DNA from: Candidatus Poribacteria bacterium
GTDB taxonomy: Bacteria; Poribacteria; WGA-4E; WGA-3G
Reading direction: 5' to 3'
Length of the DNA: 64,000 nucleotides
NCBI GenBank assembly: GCA_963663765.2
Contig: CAXXUA010000013.1
Location: 1 to 64,000, forward strand
Part shown: one piece after another, positions 11,095 through 21,183 of the stretch
How positions within the stretch are numbered: position 1 is the stretch's first letter
Layout: each line of letters begins with the position of its first letter
Notes under the pieces: model-generated
What the model saw: only the letters and a program-made list of their open reading frames with translations
Databases searched by the model: none
What the model was told of the DNA's origin: nothing
Translations under genes and position numbers: made by a program

Positions 11095-12372
11095 ATGCAA
11101 GTTGATATGAGATATGGTCATAGCACTGTTTCCGTAGAAATTCCAGATAAGAATTTAGCTGCTGTGTTGGAAACGAGGGAAAGCACTCCGTTAGCTGATG
11201 AAGACAAAGCAGTACGCGATGCAATCATGCAGCCAATTGCATCCCAACCACTATCAGAAATTTCTAAGGGTAAGAATTCTGCATGCATTGTAATCTCAGA
11301 TATTACACGACCAGTACCTAATAAAGTCATTCTTCCACCGATGTTGGAGATACTTGAAGAAAATGGGGTACAACGTGAAAAAATTACAATCTTGATCGCA
11401 ACAGGTATTCACCGTCCAAATGAGGGTGATGAACTTGAGGAACTGGTTGGTCGATCAATAATGGACTCTTACCGCATAGTCAACCATTTTTCTCAAAAAC
11501 CTGACACACACACTTTTCTTGGTGAAACAAAAAACGGTACACCGGTTTTTATTGACAAGACATACCTTGAAGCCGATTTAAAAATTGTGACCGGATTGAT
11601 TGAACCCCATTTGATGGCAGGTTATTCTGGTGGTAGGAAAGCAATATGTCCAGGACTCGCTTCTGTTGAAACGATGAAGGTGATGCACGGACCTGAATTG
11701 ATGGAACATCCAAATTCTGCTGTTGGTATATTGGATGGAAATCCATTTCACGAAGAAGCAACCGAGATCGCGTTGATGGCTGGAGTAGACTTCAGTCTAA
11801 ATGTAGCAATAGACAAACAAAGAAAAATAATGGGAGTCTTTGCAGGAGATGTCGTTGAATCTCATCTTAACGGTGCAAAATTCGTTGAAGAACAAGCGAA
11901 AGTGACGATCCCCGAACCTGTTGATGTTGTGGTAGTTTCCAGTGCTGGGTATCCTTTGGATTCTACATTTTATCAAGCAATTAAAGGGTTGTTGACTGCG
12001 TTTGAAATCGTCAAACAAGGCGGTAGTATTTTGCTCGTTGCTGCTTGTAGTGAAGGCATTGGAAGCAAACCATTTACAGATCTACTTTTTAAGACTGATG
12101 ACTTAACTGCATTTGTGAACGGACTATACAATCCAGCAAACTTTGTGATTGATCAGTGGCAACTGGAAGAATTGGCAAAAGTTGCACGTAAAGCGGATAT
12201 ATATTTTTATACGGATGGTATACCTTATCAATATAGATCAAAATTATTTGTACATCCTTTAAATAATCCTCAAGAAGGTATTGAAGAATTTCTAACTCGA
12301 TACGGAAAGGATGTCAAAATTGCAGCGATACCAGAAGGTCCTTATGTTTTAGCTAAAGTGAACAGTGGATAA
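11095..12372 (+). CDS. larA: Nickel-pincer-dependent lactate racemase family protein
   Basis: SDITRPVPN, ATGIHR, IEPHLMAGYSGGRKAICPG, GYPLD-x-TFYQ. Confidence 0.9.
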   Translation: MQVDMRYGHSTVSVEIPDKNLAAVLETRESTPLADEDKAVRDAIMQPIASQPLSEISKGKNSACIVISDITRPVPNKVILPPMLEILEENGVQREKITILIATGIHRPNEGDELEELVGRSIMDSYRIVNHFSQKPDTHTFLGETKNGTPVFIDKTYLEADLKIVTGLIEPHLMAGYSGGRKAICPGLASVETMKVMHGPELMEHPNSAVGILDGNPFHEEATEIALMAGVDFSLNVAIDKQRKIMGVFAGDVVESHLNGAKFVEEQAKVTIPEPVDVVVVSSAGYPLDSTFYQAIKGLLTAFEIVKQGGSILLVAACSEGIGSKPFTDLLFKTDDLTAFVNGLYNPANFVIDQWQLEELAKVARKADIYFYTDGIPYQYRSKLFVHPLNNPQEGIEEFLTRYGKDVKIAAIPEGPYVLAKVNSG

Positions 12373-12438
12373 ACATAATAAATACTATGATGTTTTCTTT
12401 ATTACTTCCAAACTGGCTTTGCTGTATAGGAAAAAGAA

Positions 12439-13122
12439 GTGGGTATGGAAATGGCAAATTCTATCGTTAAACTTAGAGGCTATAAAGACGGTCTACATCT
12501 CATTATAACACCGAAATTTTCTCTCACAGATGTAGAGGAAGCAATACAAGATCTGATGGATGGCATGAATCAGACTTTAGCAGGTAGTTCTGTTCATATT
12601 GATATGTCGCCATCCTTACTAACTGATGATGATCTAAAAGAATTAGAAACGCTCCTTATACAAAAACACGATCTTGTTGTGAGTGGAGTCAGTATTGTTG
12701 ATGATAAAGGTGAGCAACCAATCTTGGCGGCTCCTGCAACACATAGTATTTCAACGAGCTTGCCAGTGGAGAATCTACCTGACTTTGGCAAAGCTCAGAT
12801 TGTACGTCAAACAATCCGGTCTGGACAAACGACTTCCTGTTTAGGCGGGAGTGTCATCATATATGGAGATGTTAATCCGGGTGGTGATGTCGTGGCAGCG
12901 GGTGATATTATCGTCCTCGGTTCTTTGCGCGGTAGTGCACATGCTGGTGTTCACGGTCGACTTTCCGCCGTAATAATCGCTATGGAATTGGTACCACTAC
13001 AATTACAAATTGGATCCTATGTGAATCGCCCACCGATTGGACAAAAACCACGAGGTTACCCCGAAATTGCACGAGTTGGAGCAGAAGATATAATCATCGT
13101 AGAGGAATTTATCAAATTCTAA
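12439..13122 (+). CDS. minC: Septum site-determining protein MinC
   Basis: IRSGQ...GDVNPGG-x-V-x-A-x-GDIIVLGSLRG-x-AHAG; upstream of minD. Confidence 0.9.
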   Translation: MGMEMANSIVKLRGYKDGLHLIITPKFSLTDVEEAIQDLMDGMNQTLAGSSVHIDMSPSLLTDDDLKELETLLIQKHDLVVSGVSIVDDKGEQPILAAPATHSISTSLPVENLPDFGKAQIVRQTIRSGQTTSCLGGSVIIYGDVNPGGDVVAAGDIIVLGSLRGSAHAGVHGRLSAVIIAMELVPLQLQIGSYVNRPPIGQKPRGYPEIARVGAEDIIIVEEFIKF

Positions 13123-13139
13123 AATAAGGAAGGTTGACT

Positions 13140-13934
13140 ATGGGTAAGGTTATCGTAATCACATCTGGTAAGGGAGGCGTTGGTAAAACAACGTCTACCG
13201 CAAACCTCGGTACTGCATTAGCGATTCTCGGTAAGACGGTCGTTCTCGTTGATGCAGATATCGGGTTGCGGAACCTTGATGTCGTCATGGGTTTAGAGAG
13301 CCGAGTCGTTTTTACCTCTATGGATGTAATAGAAAAAAACTGTGATCTTGACAAGGCTCTAGTCAAAGATAGACGTGTTGAGCAATTAGTACTTCTTGCC
13401 GCGTCACAACGAAACAGAAAAGATGATATCAAACCTGAACAGATGCAAGATATTTGTGAAAGATTAAAAGAAATATATGATATTGTGCTTGTAGATTCAC
13501 CGGCAGGTATTGAACAAGGTTTCCACAACGCTGCTGCTGGAGCTGAAGAAGCAATCATTATTACAACACCTGATGTCTCTGCAATCCGTGATGCTGACCG
13601 CATCATCGGTCTTTTGCAGAACCAAAACATCGAACCAATAAACCTAATAATAAACAGATTATCCCCAACACTCGTTAAAAAGGGAAATATGATTAGTAAG
13701 AATGACGTATTAGATATACTAAATATTGATCTTCTTGGTATTGTTCCTGAAGATACTGGTGTTATTGCCTCTACGAACCGCGGTATCCCCCTTGTTCACA
13801 ACGATGGATCCCCTGGGGCTGAAGCGTATATGCGTATTGCACGCAGAATGACAGGACAACGCATACCAATCCCTGAAATGCGAGATGACAACTTCTTTTC
13901 AAAACTACTAACTTGGTTTTCAAGAAATCAGTAG
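13140..13934 (+). CDS. minD: Septum site-determining ATPase MinD
   Basis: SGKGGVGKTT, DIGLRNLD, DSPAGIE, RDADR; C-terminal amphipathic helix FFSKLLTWF. Confidence 0.97.
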   Translation: MGKVIVITSGKGGVGKTTSTANLGTALAILGKTVVLVDADIGLRNLDVVMGLESRVVFTSMDVIEKNCDLDKALVKDRRVEQLVLLAASQRNRKDDIKPEQMQDICERLKEIYDIVLVDSPAGIEQGFHNAAAGAEEAIIITTPDVSAIRDADRIIGLLQNQNIEPINLIINRLSPTLVKKGNMISKNDVLDILNIDLLGIVPEDTGVIASTNRGIPLVHNDGSPGAEAYMRIARRMTGQRIPIPEMRDDNFFSKLLTWFSRNQ

Positions 13935-13942
13935 AGGTAACT

Positions 13943-14194
13943 ATGGATTTTAGAAAATTATTTTCACGAAAAACAAAATCAAGTAATATCGCAACTCAAC
14001 GTCTCCAACTCATTCTCAAACAGGATCGATTTGATGTGGGTGAAGACTCAATGAAAAAACTTCAATACGAATTAACGGAGGTGTTGTCAAAATATTTTGA
14101 ATTTACTATGAATTCAGTCAATATGTCCTTAAAACAGGAAGGTAATTCTTATGTACTAATAGCAGATTTTCCATTTTCAGAATCGGAAAACTAA
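13943..14194 (+). CDS. minE: Cell division topological specificity factor MinE
   Basis: S-x-x-IA-x-QRLQLIL-x-x-DR; follows minD. Confidence 0.9.
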   Translation: MDFRKLFSRKTKSSNIATQRLQLILKQDRFDVGEDSMKKLQYELTEVLSKYFEFTMNSVNMSLKQEGNSYVLIADFPFSESEN

Positions 14195-14453
14195 TAATGA
14201 CAAATTTACTGACACATAATAGAATAAATGTTTACGCGGTAATATAGAATTTGTTCAATACACCATTATGTAAATGAATAACTCAGAAATGAAATTAAAA
14301 ATAATAGAAGCTCAATTGGCATTATGATGTATTTTCAATATGATTGAGCAATTTGTTATCTAAACTTTCCATTTCCCACATAAACCTAAAAACAATAAAA
14401 AACCAATATTGAAATCGCTTGCAATAAACAAGAACCCTATCATCCATGTGAAA

Positions 14454-15485
14454 ATGAAAATCTATCAAGTAATACAATCATATCTATTCCTTCTCATGCT
14501 ATTCTCAATTACATTCAACGCAACAGCTGAGAATGAAAAAGATCCAATACGTACCCTATTGCCTTATGATGCGATTCCCGCAATAATAAAGCCGCAATTT
14601 GTTTCATCGACTAAAGCAAAAATAGATGCAGATGCTCCCGTTATTGGTGTAAATTTCAATGACGAAAGTCATGCTTACTCGCTATATATCCTGAACGCAC
14701 ATGAGATCGTCAATGATGTTGTCGGTGGTAAAAAAATCGCTACTACATGGTGACCACTCTGCAATACCGCTATCGTGTATAGCAGGGAAATTGATGGTAA
14801 GACCTACACCTTTGGTGTCAGTGGTAAATTGTGGCGTGATGCCTTGTTGATGTATGATCATCAGACGCGATCCTTGTGGTCACACATCACAGGGGAAGCC
14901 ATACAGGGGAAACTGAAAGGCAAAAAATTGACGCCGCTTATATCTATGCCACAGATTGCTTGGAAAACATGGATGGCAAATTACCCACAGACAAGAGTAT
15001 TGTCAGTCAGAAACCAAGAAAGTCTGGAAAGAGATAATTATGCTAACTACCACAAGAGTCAACGTGCCGGTGTGAGCGGGACTCAATACACAGACAAGAG
15101 ATTACCCAACAAATCCCTTGTGATTGGTGTTCAAATTAAAGACAAGAATGGAAAGAAACATTATCGTGCATATCCACTCACGCAATTTGCAAAAACAGCG
15201 TTAATCCAAGACACAGTTAACGGTGTTGCTTTATTAATATTTCACAACAAGGATTCTTTTGCTACTGCAGTCTACAAACGCAATGTAGATGGAAAGGTTG
15301 AGAACTTTGAACTCAAAGATGACTACCTTAGCCAAGATAGTCAAGGAAGACAGTGGAATCTCATCACAGGTAAGGTAACATCAAGTAAGCAACAGGATGT
15401 GTCCTTAGAGCGGTTAACTGCCCTCAACATCTATTGGTTCGCTTGGGCACGTTTCTATCCGAATACATCAATTTACAAGCCTTAG
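14454..15485 (+). CDS. DUF3179-family exported selenoprotein (UGA at 14751-14753 read as Sec)
   Basis: ORFs 14409-14753 and 14775-15485 share a frame; the junction reads IATTW-[TGA]-PLCNTAIVYSR; DAIPAI-x-x-P-x-F, HEIVND, FGVSGKL, MYDHQT-x-SLW, YWFAW-x-x-FYP are DUF3179-like. Confidence 0.85.
14754..14797 (+). promoter_or_regulatory. Putative bacterial SECIS hairpin
   Basis: CCA...CAAT-A-CC-GCTAT-[CGTGT]-ATAGC-A-GG-GAA-ATTG-A-TGG; the apical loop starts 20 nt after the UGA and has G at its second position. Confidence 0.7.
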
Positions 15486-16247
15486 TCAGTCGTCCAATAC
15501 AACAACTTCTCCTGTCATATTTCGGTACATTGTCGGACGGATAATCAATTCTGGTATGTTGCTACGTATAGGCAGCGTTGCTATGAGAAGAATCGCTTCG
15601 GATGTCTCAGCAACATCAACCATCATCGTGCGTGCATCAGAATCTGGTGGAATTGGACGATTGTCCAGAATCGGCGTTGCTACCTCACCCGGTATAATCA
15701 CGCTTGCTCTAATACCGGTATTCCTTAAGTCATTGTTCAGAAATTCTGTAAAGTTGATGACACCTGCCTTCGCTGCACCATAAGCAAAACCACTAAATGG
15801 TCCTGGTGTTACTGCTGCAAGTGATGAGATGTTGATGATCGTACCAGACTTTGCTTTCAGCATTGAGGGTACAACTGCTTGCGTGCAGTAAAACGTTCCT
15901 ATCAGGTTTGAATTAATGACTGACTGAACCTCTTCAGGTGTCGTATTGAGGAGTCTACGATTAAATGAACTGTGTCCAGCATTGTTCACAAGCACATCAA
16001 TCTGTCCGAATCTTTCAATCACATCGTCAACCATTTTTTTAACTGCATCATAGTCTGCAACATCCAGGGAGTAACTAACTGCTGTTCCACCATTGGTCAA
16101 AACTTCAGATTTGACGTCATCCAGTTTGGATTCAGTTCTACCGACAATGACCACTTTAGCACCTTCTTGTGCTAATTTCATAGCGGCATCACGACCAATA
16201 CCACTCCCACCACCAGTGATGATACACACTTGTTCATTTAGTCTCAT
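15486..16247 (-). CDS. SDR family oxidoreductase
   Basis: TGGGSGIG, NNAG, YGAAK catalytic motif. Confidence 0.93.
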   Translation of the reverse strand: MRLNEQVCIITGGGSGIGRDAAMKLAQEGAKVVIVGRTESKLDDVKSEVLTNGGTAVSYSLDVADYDAVKKMVDDVIERFGQIDVLVNNAGHSSFNRRLLNTTPEEVQSVINSNLIGTFYCTQAVVPSMLKAKSGTIINISSLAAVTPGPFSGFAYGAAKAGVINFTEFLNNDLRNTGIRASVIIPGEVATPILDNRPIPPDSDARTMMVDVAETSEAILLIATLPIRSNIPELIIRPTMYRNMTGEVVVLDD

Positions 16248-17080
16248 TCTTCTCCTCCATTAGGTAGAATACGTTTGACAGCTTTCTTCACCTCTTTTGA
16301 AAATGATTCCAATTCATACTGTTCTTCTGAGATCTTGTCACGATGTTCTTCATACGGATATCCTCCCTTTCCATTTTCATTGAAATAGACACTCAACTGA
16401 TAACGTTGAAATATGTTCATACGAGGATAATCTTCTGTCCATGGACTTGCATCGTGCAGAAGATTTGTTGAAAAAATAGCAGCATCACCTGCTTGCATAG
16501 GGAGCGTTATTGATGTTGGTGGATCGTGTCGAACAGGCAGGTTTTCAGGTGTCCGAAATTTGGACTTATGACTACCAGGGACAAGACAAAATCCAGTACC
16601 TGGTGGCACATCTACTAAAGCAACCCACGTAGCTAAATGATTACAATAGATATGATCAGCTGAAGTCTGATAGTCATTGTGCGGATTGCGAAATCCCAAT
16701 GGAAACTTGAAACCGCTATCATCCCGATGAAAATGTTGAGGGTAGTCGTGTTTCGTCATCATTGTGAAATTGTAGTGAAACAGACGAGGGGCATTCATCA
16801 TTAACCCAGCAACAACTCGAATAATGTGTGAATTCATCGCAAGGTCTTGAAACAAGCGATGCCCGTATTGGATATGACCAATATGTGTCTTACACGGTTC
16901 TTGTCTCCCACGGTGTAAAGGTGATGGGATTTTAGATTCATCAATTGAAAGCCAATGTTGAAGCACTTTTAACATCTCATTAACTTCATCACTTGAAATA
17001 ACATTTCGCAATATAAGGTAACCGTGTAAATCAAAAAACCACTTTTCTTTATCGGTTAAAGTGGAATGAATAGTATACAT
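16244..17080 (-). CDS. Phytanoyl-CoA dioxygenase (PhyH) family Fe/2OG enzyme
   Basis: FDLHGYL, HRD, VPGSHK, AGD...LLH. Confidence 0.88.
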   Translation of the reverse strand: MYTIHSTLTDKEKWFFDLHGYLILRNVISSDEVNEMLKVLQHWLSIDESKIPSPLHRGRQEPCKTHIGHIQYGHRLFQDLAMNSHIIRVVAGLMMNAPRLFHYNFTMMTKHDYPQHFHRDDSGFKFPLGFRNPHNDYQTSADHIYCNHLATWVALVDVPPGTGFCLVPGSHKSKFRTPENLPVRHDPPTSITLPMQAGDAAIFSTNLLHDASPWTEDYPRMNIFQRYQLSVYFNENGKGGYPYEEHRDKISEEQYELESFSKEVKKAVKRILPNGGEE

Positions 17081-17161
17081 AAAACTACTCCAAAGTTGCT
17101 GTTTGTGTAGGACAATAGGTTATCAAAATCAACTAAAAATTGCAAGTCGTGTATGATTGCC

Positions 17162-17512
17162 GGGTGTGTAAAGTTTTTGTAGAAATACTGATATTATAGT
17201 AGATTTTAGAATTATTTTTACACATTCAGGTGTAGGAGGGAACTCCGATTCCCGACTATCAAGGCGTTCAGTCGCGATTCGGAGATCGAAATCAACGGTA
17301 TGAATGCCTATTGGCATTCCCCGTCTACAGAACAAGTGTAAACTTAATTGTATATTTCACTAAAAAAGAAGTATCTAAAGTTTCTATCAAAGCTTGCTTG
17401 ATGTAAGGATTCTGTGGACATCGTAGGGGCGAGGTTTCCTCGCATGCGTAAAACCTCTGTTCGGGCGGGGAGACCCCGCCCCTACGCACAGTAACCAAAA
17501 CTTTGCACACCC
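17162..17512. mobile_element. Non-autonomous element A (MITE-like, TIR GGGTGTGTAAAGTTTT) carrying REPs
   Basis: gggtgtgtaaagtttttgt ... accaaaactttgcacaccc flanked by identical 9-bp atgattgcc (17153-17161 and 17513-17521). Confidence 0.8.
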
Positions 17513-17521
17513 ATGATTGCC

Positions 17522-18256
17522 GGGTGTGTAAAGTTTTTGCACAGAGGTACAAACTTTTGTTCTCTTTAGTCCCGTATGAAGATTAATTTATTTATAGGGT
17601 AATAAATTTTTCTCAAATGGTAGGCGTGGTTTGTAAGTGCGCTGTTGGGACTTGATGTGCCAGCGCGCTTACAAAGCACGCCTACCATCGGGGGCACGCT
17701 TACAAACCACGCCTACCATCGGGGGCGCGCTTACAAACCACGCCTACCATCGGGGGCACGCTTACAAACCACGCCTACCATCGGGGGCGCGCTTACAAAC
17801 CACGCCTACCATCGGGGGCGCGCTTACAAACCACGCCTACCATCGGGGGCGCGCTTACAAACCACGCCTACCATCGGGGGCGCGCTTACAAACCACGCCT
17901 ACCATCGGGGGCGCGCTTACAAACCACGCCTACCATCGGGGCGCGCTTACAAACCACGCCTCCTACCATCGGGGGCGCGCTTACAAACCACGCCTACCAT
18001 CCGGGGCGCGCTTACAAAGCACGCCTACCATCGGGGGCGCGCTTACAAACCACGCCTACCGTGGCTGGATTAGTTATCTATAAACATATCGTCCCGACGG
18101 GACTGAAGAGTATGGTTGATATTAACAATATTTCCTTATGTTGACAACACCCATGGGTCTTGTTCCTGCAATCTCTCATTTAATCAGTTGCGGCGGGGCA
18201 CAGAGACCCGCTCTACAATCGAGAATGAGCAGTTTGTGCAAAAACTTTACACACCC
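17522..18256. mobile_element. Non-autonomous element B, same TIR family, carrying the 31-bp REP array
   Basis: Perfect 22-bp TIR gggtgtgtaaagtttttgcaca / tgtgcaaaaactttacacaccc; flanks atgattgcc / atgatcgct. Confidence 0.8.
17663..18060. repeat. Tandem array of 13 x ~31-bp REP-containing units
   Basis: Unit gcgcgcttacaaaccacgcctaccatcgggg; 13 'ttacaaa' cores; one inverted copy at ~17619-17642. Confidence 0.95.
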
Positions 18257-18278
18257 ATGATCGCTATTCACTAACCTC

Positions 18279-18306
18279 TTGACAAAAATCAGTAAACACC
18301 TATAAT
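18279..18306 (+). promoter_or_regulatory. Sigma70-type promoter
   Basis: TTGACA, 16 bp spacer, TATAAT upstream of the oxidoreductase. Confidence 0.7.
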
Positions 18307-18410
18307 TCTGAATAGCAATTACAACTCACAATTTTCCAGAACAACTATTGCTGAACAGATTAAATAAAGAATCAATACTTAGAACTATTACACCGTTAAG
18401 GAGCATTATA

Positions 18411-19655
18411 ATGGCTAAACGGATAAAAATCGGACTAATCGGTTGTGGTATGATCTCTGGTTCGCATATCAACGGATATCTTGCACACCCACAACACGCT
18501 GAAATAGTCGCGGTATGTGATACCGTAGAGGAAAACGCGAAACGAAGGGCAGCACAAGTGCTTGCTGGTGCAGAGACCCGAGCTACCGAAGCAACTGAAA
18601 ATGCAAAAAAAGCAGACGCTGCTGATGTACGTGAACGATTAAAAGAGAACGCAGCACGATGGACAGAATATAAAGATAACGGAGTCAAAATATACAATGA
18701 TTACAACGAGATGTTGAAGGAATGTGATTTAGATGCCGTGAGTCTGGCTACCCCGCCTTTCGTGCATGAAGCACCGACAGTCGCAGCTGCAACAGCGGGT
18801 AAACATGTCTTCTGCGAAAAACCTATGGCACGCACAGCAACTGAAGCAAGAAACATGCGCGACGCATGTGATAAAGCAGGAGTGAAACTTGCATATCAGA
18901 GTGGTGGAACATGTCTTGATCCGAGGAGTTATGCTATCCGAGATTATGTTACATCGGGAAAAATCGGTGATGTCTACTATGGTCGTTTGACAAGTTATCG
19001 TGTTCGTGGAAGACCGAATGTTGATATGTTCGGTTTCGGTAGATGGTTTCTTAATTCAGTCTATAGTGGTGGTGGTACAATATATGATATCGGTGTTTAT
19101 GCAATCAACCGCACACTTTATTTACTTGGTTCACCACAACCTGCAACCATAAGTGGTATTGCCTATCGCGGTATGCTACCTGAATATACAGGAGAAGAAA
19201 TCAACGATGTTGAAGAGCATGCATCTGTTTTTGTCCGATTTACAAACGGCATGTCATGTACTTTTGAAAACGGTTGGTCAAGTAATATGACGGGACAACC
19301 ACAAGGCCTCTTCATCTTCGGTTCGAAAGGTTCGTTTAGCAATGATAGACTCTTTCTTGAAAAAGGTGAGTGGGACACTGATGATAAAGGGAATCGAAGA
19401 CGTTATCGTGAAAATCTGGTTGAGACTCAGTTGGAACTTCCTGATAAACATTTTCCTGATAAGTTCCGTGATTTTCTGAATGCCTGTAATAGTGATGCAC
19501 AACCCGTTAGCAATGGAGATATCGGTTTGAATGTAACGGAGATCATGAGTGGCGCGCTCTTATCAGCAAAACTTAGACGTGAAATCAACGTGGATGAACT
19601 TTATGATATTGAGGCACTCCGCTCTGAACCAACACATGGTTGGCCTATTACGTAG
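18411..19655 (+). CDS. Gfo/Idh/MocA family oxidoreductase
   Basis: KIGLIGCGMIS, ATPPFVH, GKHVFCEKPMA, GGG-x-x-YDIGVY; RBS aggag before ATG 18411. Confidence 0.92.
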   Translation: MAKRIKIGLIGCGMISGSHINGYLAHPQHAEIVAVCDTVEENAKRRAAQVLAGAETRATEATENAKKADAADVRERLKENAARWTEYKDNGVKIYNDYNEMLKECDLDAVSLATPPFVHEAPTVAAATAGKHVFCEKPMARTATEARNMRDACDKAGVKLAYQSGGTCLDPRSYAIRDYVTSGKIGDVYYGRLTSYRVRGRPNVDMFGFGRWFLNSVYSGGGTIYDIGVYAINRTLYLLGSPQPATISGIAYRGMLPEYTGEEINDVEEHASVFVRFTNGMSCTFENGWSSNMTGQPQGLFIFGSKGSFSNDRLFLEKGEWDTDDKGNRRRYRENLVETQLELPDKHFPDKFRDFLNACNSDAQPVSNGDIGLNVTEIMSGALLSAKLRREINVDELYDIEALRSEPTHGWPIT

Positions 19656-19752
19656 ATATGTATTGTAGAATTTAGAAATAATTACTCACCTAACATGTAG
19701 GAACGACCCCCAGTCACGACCGAGAGGTCGCTTCTACCTTAACTTGCTATTC

Positions 19753-19802
19753 AAGAACGTAGCAGTTTGCTGTATAATTACCCCAAACTTCTACGTTCTT
19801 TT
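19753..19802. terminator. Hairpin between convergent genes, likely terminator
   Basis: aagaacgtagcagtttg / caaacttctacgttctt (16/17 pairs) followed by T's. Confidence 0.5.
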
Positions 19803-19861
19803 GCTTATAGTTCTAATAGACATGTCTACTGTGTAAAAACTTATGTTTTCAATTATAGAAA

Positions 19862-21001
19862 TTAATATCGTTGCGGAGGCGGTTGTGCTACTCGAATCCC
19901 TCTGTTGTGAGTGAAGGGAAAAATGAAATCAACAGTCTGATAACGTTGTGCACCGCCTGGAGGCGGGGATTTTTCAATCGGTAGGACTATTTGAAGTTTC
20001 ACAGTATTAGGTTTCAGTTGAATAAATGGAATGAAACCTTCTACACTCTCGCCGGGTTGAACACCAGTGCGATGTAAACCAACTTGTCTTTCAACAATCG
20101 GCATGCGTTTTTCAAGCAGAATCTGACGTGCTGTTTCAAGACCTTTTTTTACATAGAGTCCAGTCACCCGAGTCATATCAGTAAAACGATCCCTCAAGTT
20201 CTCAAAATTTAGACCGTAATAAACAGTTTCTCCTTGGTCAAACAGATAGCATTTTTTTACATCAACAATGATATATTCATTACGATTATTAGTGATTTTG
20301 ACATAAAACACATCAGTCTTATCACCTTGATTCATTGCTTCTCTTTCATAAAATGGTGAAAATGCATTTCCTCTATTATATTTACGATCTAAGTCTGCTC
20401 GGCGCCAATAGCATATTGATATAGTTATTCCATCTATTGTTTTTGAAGCGATTCGTTGTTTAGCATGAATGTCAAATGCCTCTGGATATTCTGATAAGAG
20501 TATTACGTCAACTTTTTTTGTGTTTTCGCCGGGTCTTGGTAATTCTATTTTCTTTTTCACATCTGACCAATCGACAAGAAATTGATTCCATTTTTCTAAA
20601 GCATGCGTATATTCAGAAAAAGCTAACAAATACGTTAAATCGTTAGTGTTTGCCTCTTTTGATTTTTCAAAGCGATATCCAATAATTTGTAAACCATGTT
20701 TGTCAAATACCGGTTTTGCATCTTCTATAGCTGGAATTGCAGGCAGTTTCAATTCTTGGTTTGGATTTTCGGCTTTTTCCATCAATGCTACTGAAACATT
20801 GTCCACCGGTTGAACTGGTGATAGACCTTGCAGAGATTGACCACAACCGATCATAACAATTCCTATTAGAATACAACATCCCAAATTCAGAATTGACATT
20901 TTTATACAGTTCTTGTCAATCTGCTCATTTCTATAGATTGGTCCTTCCCTTTGTCTTGTTACAACAGTGAATGATTCTGTGAGATTATAAAGCCATTTCA
21001 T
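19862..21001 (-). CDS. Hypothetical lipoprotein (probable start 20899)
   Basis: MSILNLGCCILIGIVMIG-C lipobox-like; C-terminal VKITNN...VQPGESVEGFIPF resembles an Ig-like beta sandwich. Confidence 0.7.
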   Translation of the reverse strand: MKWLYNLTESFTVVTRQREGPIYRNEQIDKNCIKMSILNLGCCILIGIVMIGCGQSLQGLSPVQPVDNVSVALMEKAENPNQELKLPAIPAIEDAKPVFDKHGLQIIGYRFEKSKEANTNDLTYLLAFSEYTHALEKWNQFLVDWSDVKKKIELPRPGENTKKVDVILLSEYPEAFDIHAKQRIASKTIDGITISICYWRRADLDRKYNRGNAFSPFYEREAMNQGDKTDVFYVKITNNRNEYIIVDVKKCYLFDQGETVYYGLNFENLRDRFTDMTRVTGLYVKKGLETARQILLEKRMPIVERQVGLHRTGVQPGESVEGFIPFIQLKPNTVKLQIVLPIEKSPPPGGAQRYQTVDFIFPFTHNRGIRVAQPPPQRY

Positions 21002-21183
21002 TGATAAAATTGCCTCCTTAGTATACCATTTGAATATTAAACTTTGTTATTGTCGTAGTGGTAACCTAAAAATACCACAGATGCAATTTTTCGTCAAGTT
21101 TTTAATATCCTGCATTAATTTGATGTGATAGAAAATGGGATAATAGAAACAACATTACTATCAAACAAACCACGGGGGATGGA

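Noticed and set aside
14409-15485. Two separate genes or a nonsense pseudogene
   Set aside because: The single stop is TGA at a CxxC cysteine position and is followed by a SECIS-like hairpin, so Sec recoding explains it better.
17663-18060. 31-bp repeat array as a CRISPR array
   Set aside because: Units abut with no unique spacers, no cas genes are nearby, and the unit is a dispersed REP.
17637-18083. Repetitive 142/148-aa ORFs
   Set aside because: They are artefacts of a stop-free 31-bp tandem repeat, with no RBS or protein-like composition.
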